A stretch of 32,000 bases of DNA from Ktedonobacterales bacterium (lineage in GTDB: Bacteria; Chloroflexota; Ktedonobacteria; Ktedonobacterales; JADMIN01), in NCBI GenBank assembly GCA_030167145.1, contig CP126532.1, positions 3,360,001-3,392,000 on the forward strand, given 5' to 3'. Below the pieces are notes generated by a model that saw nothing but the letters and a program-made list of their open reading frames with translations, had not been told where the DNA came from and searched no databases. The first letter of the stretch is position 1, and each line of letters begins with the position of its first letter. Below, in pieces: positions 1 to 8,766 of this stretch. Both the position numbers and the translations under genes were made by a program.

Positions 1-79
1 ATCTCGTGTATTTCTAGTGCTGACTGGTCGTTGCTAACGAGAAATGTGGTCATTAAGAAGCGCGAAGTATAACCCGCCG

Positions 80-3000
80 TCAATTGAAAGTATTGAACGA
101 ACCTTCAGTGGTCTCCTCGTCAAATACAAGTTCATCTTGACTGATGAATCTCATTAGAATGTCGTGGTCAAGAATTACCGTTTCCTGACTCAAAGGTCGG
201 CTCGGTATGCCGACACTTTCCTGATTTATTCCATGTACTAGCTGCTGAAATGCGGATGGAAAGTCGTCTCTGTCGCGGAAGTCCACCCATTGGAAAGAGC
301 CCAAAAAGCTACCTAGCAAAGCATCCATGGGACACCCGACGAGAATGCACGGAATGATTGGGATACCCTTCTGATGGTGACGCTCTAGCAGAATGACAAG
401 CTCTTTCTTCTGATAGGGTCCGAGGCCATGTTCGCCACAAAAGATGGCCGCGGATTTACACGATGCAAGCGCGCGCACAATTTGATCCATCCACTCCTGC
501 CCTGGGATGGAATCCCACATCTGAAAATATGGTCTAATACCGCGAAGTGTTAGCTCTTTGGCGTATTGTGACACTTCCTTTGCATCATGCGAGTTGTAAC
601 TTATGAATACGTCACGTTGGTCAACATCATCTTTACCTCTTAATGTCATCGCTGCAACAGCAAGGCTAAGGGTGTGGTCAGCACGCTTCTCCATTTCAAT
701 TAAGTCTTGGGATTGTTGGGATTGTAGGCCCGATTCTGCGCTTCCACTATGGTCGAATACTAACGGCGTTCCACAGTAAGAGCAAAAGGCTTGATTTCGA
801 CTGTCATTGATGAGATCTTGCATTTGGGATGGGTTGACTCGCTTCCCACATTCGGTGTTGGGGCAATGAACTATTCTGTGCATTTGTATGGTTCCACGAA
901 CCGCGTGTATGCGTAGATGATTTACGACAAATTCCTCAAATGTTTGCAGAGTCCTATTTGACGCCCCAACATGAAACAAAGTCAAATGGCCGGGCCCGAT
1001 CCCATCGTCTCGCAGGAGCAATCCGCATGTTCCACCAGCGGTAGCAGTGAAGGTAACTGCACCCTTATATACCTGTGGCTCTCGAAATAAACCGGAGTTC
1101 GCAATGCGTGTGGCAAGCGATGCATATATGAGCTGAATTCGTCCTCTAAACTCGATCACGGCGATCATATTGTCAGGTTCGTCGGGGTAGATGCTCGGTT
1201 TGCTTGCCTGCGAGGGGAACACAAGACATTCGTCGCCTTGTGCTGATCCAACGTTTTCGCGCATGGCCAATTCATGCCCAAGGAGGTCTCGCACCATTTC
1301 TACAATCAGCGTACGTTCTTGAGATTTGTCCTGTATGCGCTCATCAGCGGGAATAGGAAAGTCGCAAGCCTCCACTCTCTTGAGCGGGATACTTCCGAGC
1401 CCATCCTCTGCCTCTCTAACGGCATTGAGCAGCGCTGATGCATAGGTATCAAGTTTTTCTGGTCGAAGCAGGACATAGCTACCGAAGCTGAATCGTCTGA
1501 CCAATCCTGCGTTCTCGAGGTAGAATATGGCAGTCTCGAACTGGGTACGTGTGACTGTTATTGAGTCATCGCGGAAGCTCGAATGCCCGTAAGTCTCGTA
1601 CAGTTCTGACATAGTTGATAGGACGGACTTAGGGTTCCGGACACTTGCATTCATGACGAAGCGCATGACACGGATGAAAACATGAGACGAGTATATAGGT
1701 GTAAGCGAATCCCACTGCACAGAGCGAATGATCTTATCTTTGAGCGCATCTGTACCTAATGCGTACTTTGCACTGGTCTCAACATAGTCGTCGTAGCCAA
1801 GATCTCTGACAATCTCTCGAATGCGCGTGCGGTTCGTCCCAATGCCTGCTAAATCTGACTTACCAGCGACCAGGAACTTGGGCAAACGCCGGGTACCAGT
1901 AAGGCCCTCTTTCTGAGCGTCGCGAAGAGCGTGGTCCCAAAATAAGATTCTGTCGAGCGGATCTGCAGACTCACTATCGAACACGACTACCGCAACCGCG
2001 ACGTCGGATAGGTGAAGCAAGTGGATAATCCGAAAAGCCCGCTGCCCGGCCAAATCCCAAAGAAAGATGTTGCGCACTTCCGTAGCATCACCTGACTTCG
2101 CCTCAGGATTCTCCCAGAGCCGCCAAACATGCCGGTTGTGCGTGGGTTCCGTAGCATGCCACCCTTGCCCCGTAAGCCTGAGAGCAAGCCCTGATTTACC
2201 TACACTTTGTTCACCAACGAGAACAACTTTTGCATTTCGATACTTCACGTCATGTTGATCAGTGCCGCTTTGCTCGTTCACTTGCCGAGAGACATTCGCA
2301 ATACGCACAGTCACTGCCGATGTTGCAGCAGTTGCTAGATCATAGTCATAGGGACGGAAGGCCAAAACGATTGCTCTGGGCCGCAGTGTCGGAAACAAGG
2401 TATTCTGCTCGTCAGCGCTCCTGATCTTGATATCGCGACACTGTTCACCACTAATACTACTGAGCCGTGTCCACGATTCTACTCGCCAAAGCAGCACTGA
2501 ATTCATTGGATTATCTGATTGCGAGGCAGAGGCTGACTGTGAGGCTAAGACTGAGCCGTCGTAGGAAAATGACAGGGAACGAACTGGTCCGGTGTGCTGC
2601 TCAAGGCGACCAATCTCGTCGCCACCTACAGGGTCCCAAACTCGGATTGAGCGATCGTCCGACCCAGAAGTGAGGAAGCGGCTGTCAGGAGACCAGGCGA
2701 TGCAGTTGACTCTGCTTGCATGGCCCTCCCAAGCATGGATTTGTGTCCCGAGGACGTCATCCCAAAGCCGAACTGTGCCGTCGCTTGAACCGGATGCGAG
2801 AAAGCGTCCATCCGGAGACCACGCCACGGCGTTAACGGGTTGCGAATGTCCAATCAATATCTTGTCGGATACATCTCTATCGACATCCCATAAGTGCAAT
2901 GTGTGGTCCTCTCTGGCTAGTGCAACTAGCTTGCCATCGGGTGACCACGCTAGACAATTTACGCGGACAGGATTCTTTGAAGGGCAGACTTTAGTTGCGC

Positions 3001-3631
3001 CTGACACGTGATTCCAGGTGAAGACGGTATTCTCTCCGGCAGAAATGGCAATACGATCATCTCTTGGAGAACAAGCAACCGAGTGAATTTGCCTATCTTG
3101 CCGCTGTAGTGAGGCTCTCGTTGTGCCAGTTGCAAGATCAAACACTTGGATTTCGCCAGTATCCAAACCAAATACAAGTAGATTGCCATCTCGTGACCAT
3201 ACTAGCTTTAGAACAATCGGAGCCGGTGCGGATGCCCTAGGAGTAGCCGTCCGCGGCTGGACCGAGGGAGATGTGGGGCCCAGAGCAGCACGTATCGTCC
3301 GTATCGGAGTCACCTGATTGTTGGCATTTCTTTTGGGGCGTCTTGGAGCGTTGCGCCGCGCCGGGGGCATGTCATTCAAGTAAACGGGCGCGAGCAGTAT
3401 GACAAAGCAAACGAATGTAGCAGACCCCGCGACAAAGACAAGAGGGTTCTTGAAGAGATATGAGGCGATTGCAGTGAGCGCGAGCCAATCTAGCAGATCA
3501 AATCTATGCAATTGGGCGTGATTTGCTACCAAGCCTACGTCATTTGCACAGAGGACAGGGACATAGATCACACTTAGCAGTGCGGTGGAAACGCCTGTAG
3601 CTTTCAGCAACGCAACTAAGCGATTATACAC
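80..3631 (-). CDS. Membrane-anchored WD40 / Roc-type small GTPase / COR-like / zinc-ribbon / TIR multidomain protein (1183 aa)
   Basis: Uninterrupted 1183-codon ORF with a GTG start at 3631 and AAGG about 8 nt upstream. Residues 1-85 are hydrophobic (about 3 TM helices). Residues ~140-390 hold 6-7 WD40 units (GHSQPVNAVAWSPDGRFLASGSSDGTVRLWD; GHASRVNCIAWSPDSRFLTSGSDDRSIRVWD). Residues ~465-642 carry Ras/Roc GTPase motifs: G1 GEQSVGKS, G3 WDLAGQ, G4 AGKSD, G5 ETSAK. Residues ~643-920 look like COR-type winged helices. Residues 922-954 form a zinc ribbon (CPNTECGK...CSYCG). Residues ~1005-1125 are TIR-like (RDVFISYNSHD...YQKKELVILLE; nt ~257-619). GC is clearly lower than in the rest of the window. 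Confidence 0.85.
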   Translation of the reverse strand: MYNRLVALLKATGVSTALLSVIYVPVLCANDVGLVANHAQLHRFDLLDWLALTAIASYLFKNPLVFVAGSATFVCFVILLAPVYLNDMPPARRNAPRRPKRNANNQVTPIRTIRAALGPTSPSVQPRTATPRASAPAPIVLKLVWSRDGNLLVFGLDTGEIQVFDLATGTTRASLQRQDRQIHSVACSPRDDRIAISAGENTVFTWNHVSGATKVCPSKNPVRVNCLAWSPDGKLVALAREDHTLHLWDVDRDVSDKILIGHSQPVNAVAWSPDGRFLASGSSDGTVRLWDDVLGTQIHAWEGHASRVNCIAWSPDSRFLTSGSDDRSIRVWDPVGGDEIGRLEQHTGPVRSLSFSYDGSVLASQSASASQSDNPMNSVLLWRVESWTRLSSISGEQCRDIKIRSADEQNTLFPTLRPRAIVLAFRPYDYDLATAATSAVTVRIANVSRQVNEQSGTDQHDVKYRNAKVVLVGEQSVGKSGLALRLTGQGWHATEPTHNRHVWRLWENPEAKSGDATEVRNIFLWDLAGQRAFRIIHLLHLSDVAVAVVVFDSESADPLDRILFWDHALRDAQKEGLTGTRRLPKFLVAGKSDLAGIGTNRTRIREIVRDLGYDDYVETSAKYALGTDALKDKIIRSVQWDSLTPIYSSHVFIRVMRFVMNASVRNPKSVLSTMSELYETYGHSSFRDDSITVTRTQFETAIFYLENAGLVRRFSFGSYVLLRPEKLDTYASALLNAVREAEDGLGSIPLKRVEACDFPIPADERIQDKSQERTLIVEMVRDLLGHELAMRENVGSAQGDECLVFPSQASKPSIYPDEPDNMIAVIEFRGRIQLIYASLATRIANSGLFREPQVYKGAVTFTATAGGTCGLLLRDDGIGPGHLTLFHVGASNRTLQTFEEFVVNHLRIHAVRGTIQMHRIVHCPNTECGKRVNPSQMQDLINDSRNQAFCSYCGTPLVFDHSGSAESGLQSQQSQDLIEMEKRADHTLSLAVAAMTLRGKDDVDQRDVFISYNSHDAKEVSQYAKELTLRGIRPYFQMWDSIPGQEWMDQIVRALASCKSAAIFCGEHGLGPYQKKELVILLERHHQKGIPIIPCILVGCPMDALLGSFLGSFQWVDFRDRDDFPSAFQQLVHGINQESVGIPSRPLSQETVILDHDILMRFISQDELVFDEETTEGSFNTFN

Positions 3632-4057
3632 AGTGTAACCTTTTTGAAAGCTGACTCACTACACAGACAGAAACCTTTGATTTGCAATACTATTGTACAC
3701 AGGTCTAGTTGAGTTGGCAATAATTCCCAGTCACTTGCTGTGCGGTGTTACTCTCTTATCGGCTGTAAGAACACCGCCAGTTCGGCAGAGACGATGAACT
3801 CATGGAGGAGGAGATGAGATGACGAAGAATTTGTAGCGAGGTGGGATGGTTGAATCAATTAGGTAGCACCACGTGTGCCTGGGCAAGCAATGTACATTGC
3901 AAGGGCAGCAGATTGTGCCGAAGTCTTGTAGCGTGATTCAAGCGGATGATGTGATTATGCCTTAGATCAATTTGCACGTAGGGCTTCATAGCGATGCCCA
4001 CGCAAACGATCTTGGACAGTATCGCTGGCGTGGGCTAGGTTTGAGCGTGTGGTCGCG

Positions 4058-4282
4058 TTATGCTTGTGTCTGCTGATCTTCCTCGTCGTCCGCAAACTCG
4101 TCACTGTGGATGAGGGCTTTGACCTCTTCCCACTCGCTCATTGAGCGGAGCGTATGCACGCCGCTCTCCTTGAAGACAGCACGCACGGTGTAGCCAAGTG
4201 GACCGTTACGTACCCCAGACTCCCAATCGGGATAGTTCGCGTTGATGATGCGGGCGAGGTCGTATGCTTCGTTTTCGCGCAC
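4058..4282 (-). CDS. Hypothetical small acidic protein (74 aa), last gene of the leftward arm
   Basis: GTG start at 4282 with AGGAG 8 nt upstream. It begins 19 nt after the TAA stop of the upstream ORF. The composition looks protein-like (MRENEAYDLARIINANYPDWESG...). No family recognised. Confidence 0.55.
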   Translation of the reverse strand: MRENEAYDLARIINANYPDWESGVRNGPLGYTVRAVFKESGVHTLRSMSEWEEVKALIHSDEFADDEEDQQTQA

Positions 4283-4301
4283 GGTGATGACTCCTGGGTA
4301 G

Positions 4302-5555
4302 TTAGGCTTCGGCTGCTGCTTCTTCCTGTTCTATTCCGCTGTGCTGTTCGGGCTGTGCCGCCAGGAGGTCTCTAAGGACGATGGCTTTGAGGTTGCTGGC
4401 GGTGGATTCGCTGATGCGTCGGCGGGTGGCGATGGCGAGTTGACGGGTGAGGTCACGCACGCTCATCTGTGGGTTGTCAAGGAGCAGGTCGCGGGCGATA
4501 CGCTCACGCTCGGTACGCAAGGTCTCGGCGTCGGCTTTGGTACGGCCAACAGAAGCCTTTGTTGTAGCTTTCGTGGTTGCTCGTGTAGCTGTGCGGGCAG
4601 GTGTGCGCACAGGTGACGTGCGAGCGGTGGGAAGGCGGAGTAACCCCCTGTTCGCACGCATGACCTCGGCGGCAGTGCTGGCCTGGGCTGGATGGGTCTG
4701 CACCCCCTGTGCGATTTCGGGGGTATTCGGCCCCTCAAAAGGCGGATAGGCTGGCTCGGTTTGTGGGTCGCGTTGTTGTGGGTTCGGTGGCGGTTCAGGC
4801 GCGGGTAAGGCGGGTTGTGCGAACATGTGTGCTGTGGGAGCCTGCGCTTGCGCTTGAATGGGAGCTTGAATGGGAGCTTGGGTGGGCGCCTGTATTGCGG
4901 CGTAGGCATGGCTGATGATGCGGCGGGTTTCGGGGTCGGGGACCAGTTCGACGAGTGCGCCGGTCATGTCGCGTCCGTCCTTTTCGGCTGCTCGCAGCAT
5001 CTTGCGGCGCTGCTTGCGCGCGATCTTGAAGACATCGGCGAGGGTCGCCCGCGCCTCGGCTTCGAGTTGCGCGGTGATGGGTTCGGCAAGCGGGGCGAGG
5101 AAGGCGGCGGCCATGAACGCGCCCGGGACGACGAGGGCGCGCACGACGTAGGCGAGCCAGCCAGGGAGGGCCAGCGCGGTGGTGGGTGGGGTCCAGGTGT
5201 CGTAGAGATAGTTGAGTTGGTTCCAGGCGGAGAAGGCGAGCAGGCCGGTGAGGATCGCCAGATTGACGCGCATGGCGCGGGTGGCGCGTTCGCGTTCGAT
5301 GCTGCCAGGAGTAGAGGCTTGCCCGTCCTGCCAGGCGACGCGCACACGACGCGCGCTGATGTAGCAGTGGGTCTCGACGGCGAAGGCGAGCGCCCAGGGT
5401 AGGATGCCGTTGAGCGTATCTTCGATGGCGGCGGGCAGGTGGCCTGCGCCGAAGTAGACGGCGACGGCGGTGATGCCTGCCAAGAGGTAGGCGATACGAA
5501 TAAGACCGGCGGCGGCTTCGTCGAGCCAGTCGAGGAAGCGGGTGAGGTTGCTCAC
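4302..5555 (-). CDS. Hypothetical multi-TM protein with a low-complexity linker and a C-terminal HTH-like segment (417 aa)
   Basis: GTG start at 5555 preceded by GGAGG (6-nt spacer). It overlaps the upstream stop (GTGA at 5552-5555). There are about four hydrophobic helices in the first 170 aa (LIRIAYLLAGITAVAVYFGAG, ILPWALAFAVETHCYI, VNLAILTGLLAFSAW, LVVPGAFMAAAFLAPL). A QAPTQAPIQAPIQAQAQAPT repeat is encoded by an imperfect 12-nt tandem repeat at ~4843-4896. The C-terminus is HTH-like (MSVRDLTRQLAIATRRRISESTASNLKAIV). The resemblance to DUF2637-type membrane proteins is from memory only. Confidence 0.7.
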   Translation of the reverse strand: MSNLTRFLDWLDEAAAGLIRIAYLLAGITAVAVYFGAGHLPAAIEDTLNGILPWALAFAVETHCYISARRVRVAWQDGQASTPGSIERERATRAMRVNLAILTGLLAFSAWNQLNYLYDTWTPPTTALALPGWLAYVVRALVVPGAFMAAAFLAPLAEPITAQLEAEARATLADVFKIARKQRRKMLRAAEKDGRDMTGALVELVPDPETRRIISHAYAAIQAPTQAPIQAPIQAQAQAPTAHMFAQPALPAPEPPPNPQQRDPQTEPAYPPFEGPNTPEIAQGVQTHPAQASTAAEVMRANRGLLRLPTARTSPVRTPARTATRATTKATTKASVGRTKADAETLRTERERIARDLLLDNPQMSVRDLTRQLAIATRRRISESTASNLKAIVLRDLLAAQPEQHSGIEQEEAAAEA

Positions 5556-5896
5556 TCTGCGCCTCCGTTCTCATCGGGGTTGTTCTGATGCGCTACAAGG
5601 GCTTGATAGGCGGGGACCCAGAGTTGCGGCAGGACAACAAACTCGGCGATGCGGTAGCGGTCGTGTTCCAGCCAGACGCACCACGTACCCAGGGTGCCGC
5701 CAGATTGGTAGCAGTACACGTCAAGGCCTGCGCTGGCGAGGGCGAGCAGGGTTGTGCGGGCGGGTCCGTCAGGTAGGAGCGAGCGAGGGACGGCTTCGAT
5801 GCTGGCAACGTTTTCGGAGATCTCGGAGATCTCGAATGCGGTTGCCGTGACGGTGGGCTGGTCGGTCGTTCGGTCGTTCGGTCGCTTGTTTCGCAC
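5552..5896 (-). CDS. Hypothetical protein (114 aa)
   Basis: GTG start at 5896 with GGAGG 12 nt upstream. Its stop overlaps the next start (GTGA). No recognisable motif. Confidence 0.55.
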   Translation of the reverse strand: MRNKRPNDRTTDQPTVTATAFEISEISENVASIEAVPRSLLPDGPARTTLLALASAGLDVYCYQSGGTLGTWCVWLEHDRYRIAEFVVLPQLWVPAYQALVAHQNNPDENGGAE

Positions 5897-6226
5897 GGTA
5901 GTTTTGCGCCTCCAATGGGGATAGTGGAGGGCAGCAAGAGGGGACGGAGGGGATACCCAAAGGGTAGACGCGCAGCGTATAGATAGGCTACGATGCGCGA
6001 TAGGTCCGGGCTTGCTACCACAAGTTTGGACTAGCCGGGGTCAGAGCGCCAACTCTGATTCCCGGCGACTACACACGACTATTCGATGACGGCAGTATAG
6101 CATAGCGGGCGGCGGCGGCGGATGGGCCGTGGGCCAGGTGGCCCGTTTGGCTTGTGTACGCATAGCCCGAACGGGTAGGGGTTCGCTGGCACGTCGGTTC
6201 GGCTCACCGTCAGCCTCGAACGCTCG

Positions 6227-6295
6227 CCCTCTTCGGAACCCCTCCTCGGAACGGCTCAGAGGGGCTTCGCGCTCAGAGGGGCCGCGCTGCGCTTG
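6227..6295 (+). repeat. Hairpin mini-element family C, copy 1: one copy apparently nested inside another
   Basis: The sequence reads ccctcttcggaac | ccctcctcggaacggctcagaggggcttcgc | gctcagaggggccgcgctgcgcttg. The outer halves together match the family consensus CCCTCYTCGGAACGRMTCRGAGGGG-CYGCGCT-N-CGCTTG. The inner 31 nt form a second copy. Confidence 0.6.
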
Positions 6296-6567
6296 CACGG
6301 GGTCTAGTGGGGGTGTGGGGGTGGAACCCCCACGACAGATCAACGGTGGTGAGGCAGGATGATTGCCGTTAGCCACAACGGCTCGCACGGGTGACCGGCG
6401 GCGGCTTGGCGTCCCAGTGGGGGCGAGCGCCACGGCAAGCGACCTAGCGCAGCCGCAGCGAGAGCCAAGCCGCCGCCGTTCTGTCCTGGGGGTGTGGGGG
6501 GCATCCCCCCACGTGCGTCCTATGCGCTTCGGCTCATCTTTAGTCGCTTCGGGTCGGGGGGCGTCAG

Positions 6568-6731
6568 CTCTGGGATTATCCTCTGTTTATCATCCAGTCC
6601 TTTCTACGGCGGTTCGCATCACCTTTAGTCGGTAGCCGTCGGACGCGGGAATGCCTCTGTTTATCATCTCTGGGATTATCCAATCCTTTCTACGGCGGTT
6701 CGCATCACCTTTAGTCGGTAGCCGTCGGACG
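6568..6731 (+). repeat. Tandem ~86-nt repeat (family B), two units
   Basis: Both units (6568-6645 and 6654-6731) end in the identical 45-mer tttctacggcggttcgcatcacctttagtcggtagccgtcggacg. The short modules ctctgggattatc and ctctgtttatcat precede it in swapped order in the two units. Related fragments occur at 7310-7330 and 13497-13519. Confidence 0.7.
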
Positions 6732-6744
6732 GGAGACAACGCTG

Positions 6745-6784
6745 CCCTCCTCGGAACGGACTCGGAGGGGCTGCGCTTCGCTTG
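6745..6784 (+). repeat. Hairpin mini-element family C, copy 2
   Basis: ccctcctcggaacggactcggaggggctgcgcttcgcttg. The stem is CCCTCC/GGAGGG around the loop tcggaacggactc. Confidence 0.6.
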
Positions 6785-6798
6785 CGCTGGTCGCTTCG

Positions 6799-6847
6799 TG
6801 TGCGCTCCGAGTTGGTGGGTTCAATGATAGCTGTTCTGTTATTCGTA
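6799..6847 (+). repeat. Family A core repeat, copy 1
   Basis: gtgcgctccgagttggtgggttcaatgatagctgttctgttattcgta. The core (A/G)T(A/G)GCYGTTCTGTTA recurs at 7125-7149, 7331-7371, 7527-7553, 13554-13594 and 13752-13778, always in the same orientation. Confidence 0.6.
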
Positions 6848-7124
6848 CTCCCCCACCGTGGCGGGCGATCATGGTGGCAATGCACGGTAGCGGTGGGAGG
6901 GGTTCTGCGGCGGGGCGCTGGGTGGCGGGGTCCCCCACTGGGGGCTTGTTGGTGATGGGGTGGGGGAAGCGCGCCGCGTGGGGTGGTTGGGTGGGGTCTG
7001 CGCGCGTGGCGGCGGAGTTGGGGTGGTGGGGTTGGGGGCCGCGACGCGCTCTGCGTTGGGGGTTCGGGGTGGTCTGCTCAACGCTGCGGTGGCCGCTCCG
7101 CGTGCCAGTTAGTTTTGCTGGTGC

Positions 7125-7220
7125 GATCATAGCTGTTCTGTTATTCGTACCCTTCGTACCCTTCGTACCCTTGGCGCGGCAACCCGAGTAGCCCAAGGGG
7201 CAATCGGGGCCGCGCCAAGC
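7125..7220 (+). repeat. Family A core copy 2, then a 9-nt tandem repeat and a variant of the family A hairpin
   Basis: gatcatagctgttctgttattcgta is followed by cccttcgta x3 (about 7146-7172). Next comes CTTGGCGCGGC-aacccgagtagcccaaggggcaatcgg-GCCGCGCCAAG, an 11-bp stem. The equivalent stem at 7374-7420 is CCGCGCGGC/GCCGCGCGG, so the changes are paired on both sides. Confidence 0.6.
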
Positions 7221-7255
7221 CGTAACCTAGAGGCGGGGGGGTTGGGGTGGGGGGT

Positions 7256-7303
7256 GTGGGGGGCGGGTGGGGGCAAACTTTACCCCCAACTCCCGCCCCC
7301 CAC
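7256..7303. repeat. Long G/C-tract hairpin
   Basis: GTGGGGGGCGGG-t-GGGGG-caaacttta-CCCCC-aact-CCCGCCCCCCAC gives 12 + 5 bp of pairing. It sits in G-runs (7234-7275). Smaller relatives are TGGGGGtggaaCCCCCA (~6317-6333) and TGGGGGGcatCCCCCCA (~6494-6510). Confidence 0.5.
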
Positions 7304-7330
7304 TTCTCCGCATGGCGGTTCGCTTGCCCT

Positions 7331-7567
7331 CCGAGTTGGTGGGTTCAATGATAGCTGTTCTGTTATTCGTAATCCCGCGCGGCAACCCGAGTTCTTGGAT
7401 GATAATCGGGGCCGCGCGGTCTGTGTGGCAGGATGCCGGTATGGCTTATACGCCGCCCGCGTAGGGCCGCGCAGCGCGTACCCTCAACGCTGTGGTGGCG
7501 GTACGGCTTCAATTGCGGTTTTGTGGGTTCAATAGTGGCTGTTCTGTTAGGGGTGGGTGGTCGGGGG
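7331..7567 (+). repeat. Long direct repeat, left copy (partner at 13554-13835)
   Basis: 7331-7447 matches 13554-13670 at 115 of 117 positions by my reading. After a short divergent spacer, 7466-7567 is homologous to 13696-13835. The only gap is a 39-nt insertion present in the right copy alone. Confidence 0.8.
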
Positions 7568-7660
7568 ACGGCGGGGTGTGGTGGGGGGTGTGGGGCCGGT
7601 GGGTGTGGGGGTTGGGGTGGTGGGGCGTCCATGCCCCGGTGGTTGCGCTATCGTGTTGCG

Positions 7661-8086
7661 CTACTTTGTTGCGGGCCGTGGTTCGGGCCGGTCGGGCAGG
7701 CAGTGGTAGCAGAGGAAGTTGGCGGGGAGGGGCATGGTGGGGAAGCGCCAGCGGCCATGCGTTTTGCAGACGTGTCGCCCGCAGCCGTCGCAGCGGTACT
7801 CGATGGGTTGGCCGCAGTCCGGCTCGGCGCAGCGGTCGTCCATTGGTTCGCAGGTGTCGGCTTCAGCTTCGTCGCCGTCGCCGTGGAGCCGTGCGCGCAT
7901 GGCGGTGCAAGCGGCGCGGACATGCTTAGCGGTGACCTGGGGCGTGTAGTGGTCGCGGGCGATCCGCTCGGCCTCGTAGGGCAGTTCGAGGCGGTCGGCT
8001 TCGGTGATGGCCGGATGGTGGAGGCAGGTGTCACGGCAGCGCATGACTTGGCGTTGGGCGTCAGAGGTGAAGATGAGGGTAAGCAT
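7661..8086 (-). CDS. Hypothetical Cys-rich (zinc-binding-like) protein (141 aa)
   Basis: ATG at 8086 with AGGAGAG upstream. The C-terminal half (CAEPDCGQPIEYRCDGCGRHVCKTHG...FLCYHC) suggests two zinc knuckles. No family recognised. Confidence 0.6.
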   Translation of the reverse strand: MLTLIFTSDAQRQVMRCRDTCLHHPAITEADRLELPYEAERIARDHYTPQVTAKHVRAACTAMRARLHGDGDEAEADTCEPMDDRCAEPDCGQPIEYRCDGCGRHVCKTHGRWRFPTMPLPANFLCYHCLPDRPEPRPATK

Positions 8087-8207
8087 GGTAGGTGTTCGCT
8101 CTCCTGTACGTAGGTTGGTCAGTTTGGTTTGGTTGGTTTGGGTGCGGGCCAGCTACGGGGGCCAGCCCGTCTGTTTGGTCGGTTGGTTATTCGGTTAGCC
8201 GGATGGG

Positions 8208-8603
8208 TTAGCGTTGGGTGATGGGGCGCAGATACCAGACGCTCCCAAGGAGGGCGATCTGGCGAATGCGCTCGGCGCAGTAGGCATCGGTGTAGGCGGA
8301 CTGTGCCGCCATGAAGCGGGCGAATGCGGCTTCTTTCTTGCGCCACATGGCGCGAATGGTTGCTGCGTCTTCGTAGGCGTCGGGTCGCATGATCGCGGCA
8401 AAGGCGTCGTGGAGTGGTCGCCAGATGGCGGCGGCGGCGCATGACTCCTGGTAGAGTTGGCGCACGGCGGGGGTGTTGCGGACGCGCTCCGCTACGGCTA
8501 GCTCGGCATCGGCGCTGAGGCGCGGCTGTCGTGCCGGTGGGTCGGTGGTGAAGGGCGTTGTTGCTCCAGTGGCGCGGCTTGTGCCTAGTGTGTTCGTTTG
8601 CAC
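8208..8603 (-). CDS. Hypothetical protein (131 aa)
   Basis: GTG start at 8603 preceded by GAGGAGCGTACCAACC. This leader is shared with the gene starting at 10756. The composition is helical and protein-like. Confidence 0.6.
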   Translation of the reverse strand: MQTNTLGTSRATGATTPFTTDPPARQPRLSADAELAVAERVRNTPAVRQLYQESCAAAAIWRPLHDAFAAIMRPDAYEDAATIRAMWRKKEAAFARFMAAQSAYTDAYCAERIRQIALLGSVWYLRPITQR

Positions 8604-8624
8604 GGTTGGTACGCTCCTCGTTCT

Positions 8625-8669
8625 GATGCGCCCTCCTCGGAACGGACTCGGAGGGACTGCGCTACGCTT
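8625..8669 (+). repeat. Hairpin mini-element family C, copy 3, interrupting a conserved leader cassette
   Basis: gatgcgccctcctcggaacggactcggagggactgcgctacgctt lies between two gttct pentamers (8620-8624 and 8670-8674). The uninterrupted homologous leader at 10757-10787 reads ...gctccgttctcggtggttc. Confidence 0.6.
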
Positions 8670-8684
8670 GTTCTCGGTGGTTTA

Positions 8685-8729
8685 GGTGAATGGCTGGCCG
8701 GTAGGTTACTCAGGCATGCTCCGGCCAGC
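8685..8729. promoter_or_regulatory. Intercistronic GC-rich hairpin (family F)
   Basis: The stem is GCTGGCCGG (8693-8701) / CCGGCCAGC (8721-8729) with a 19-nt loop. The 18-nt lead-in ggtgaatggctggccggt is identical to 9467-9484. It lies in the 8604-8766 gap of the leftward operon. Confidence 0.4.
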
Positions 8730-8766
8730 GGACGTGCTACAGGGTGGGACTACGGGGACGATCACG

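Noticed and set aside
3632-4057. attL, tRNA or integrase expected at the left boundary of the element
   Set aside because: I found no tRNA-like sequence, and no direct repeat shared with the right boundary (25073-25137). Only local hairpins are present (GCGGTGTT...AACACCGC at 3743-3777; GCCCACGC...GCGTGGGC at ~3994-4036). The boundaries stay approximate.
6568-7570. Possible CRISPR array (repeated ~25-45-nt units)
   Set aside because: The repeat units differ in length and sequence, the spacing is irregular, and the supposed spacers are themselves repeated. No cas genes are present.
6041-7632. Numerous 60-160-aa ORFs on both strands in the 6.0-7.65 kb region
   Set aside because: They are mutually overlapping and Gly/Arg/Pro/Trp-rich, and they are encoded by the repeats and G-tracts themselves. 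None has a convincing start context.
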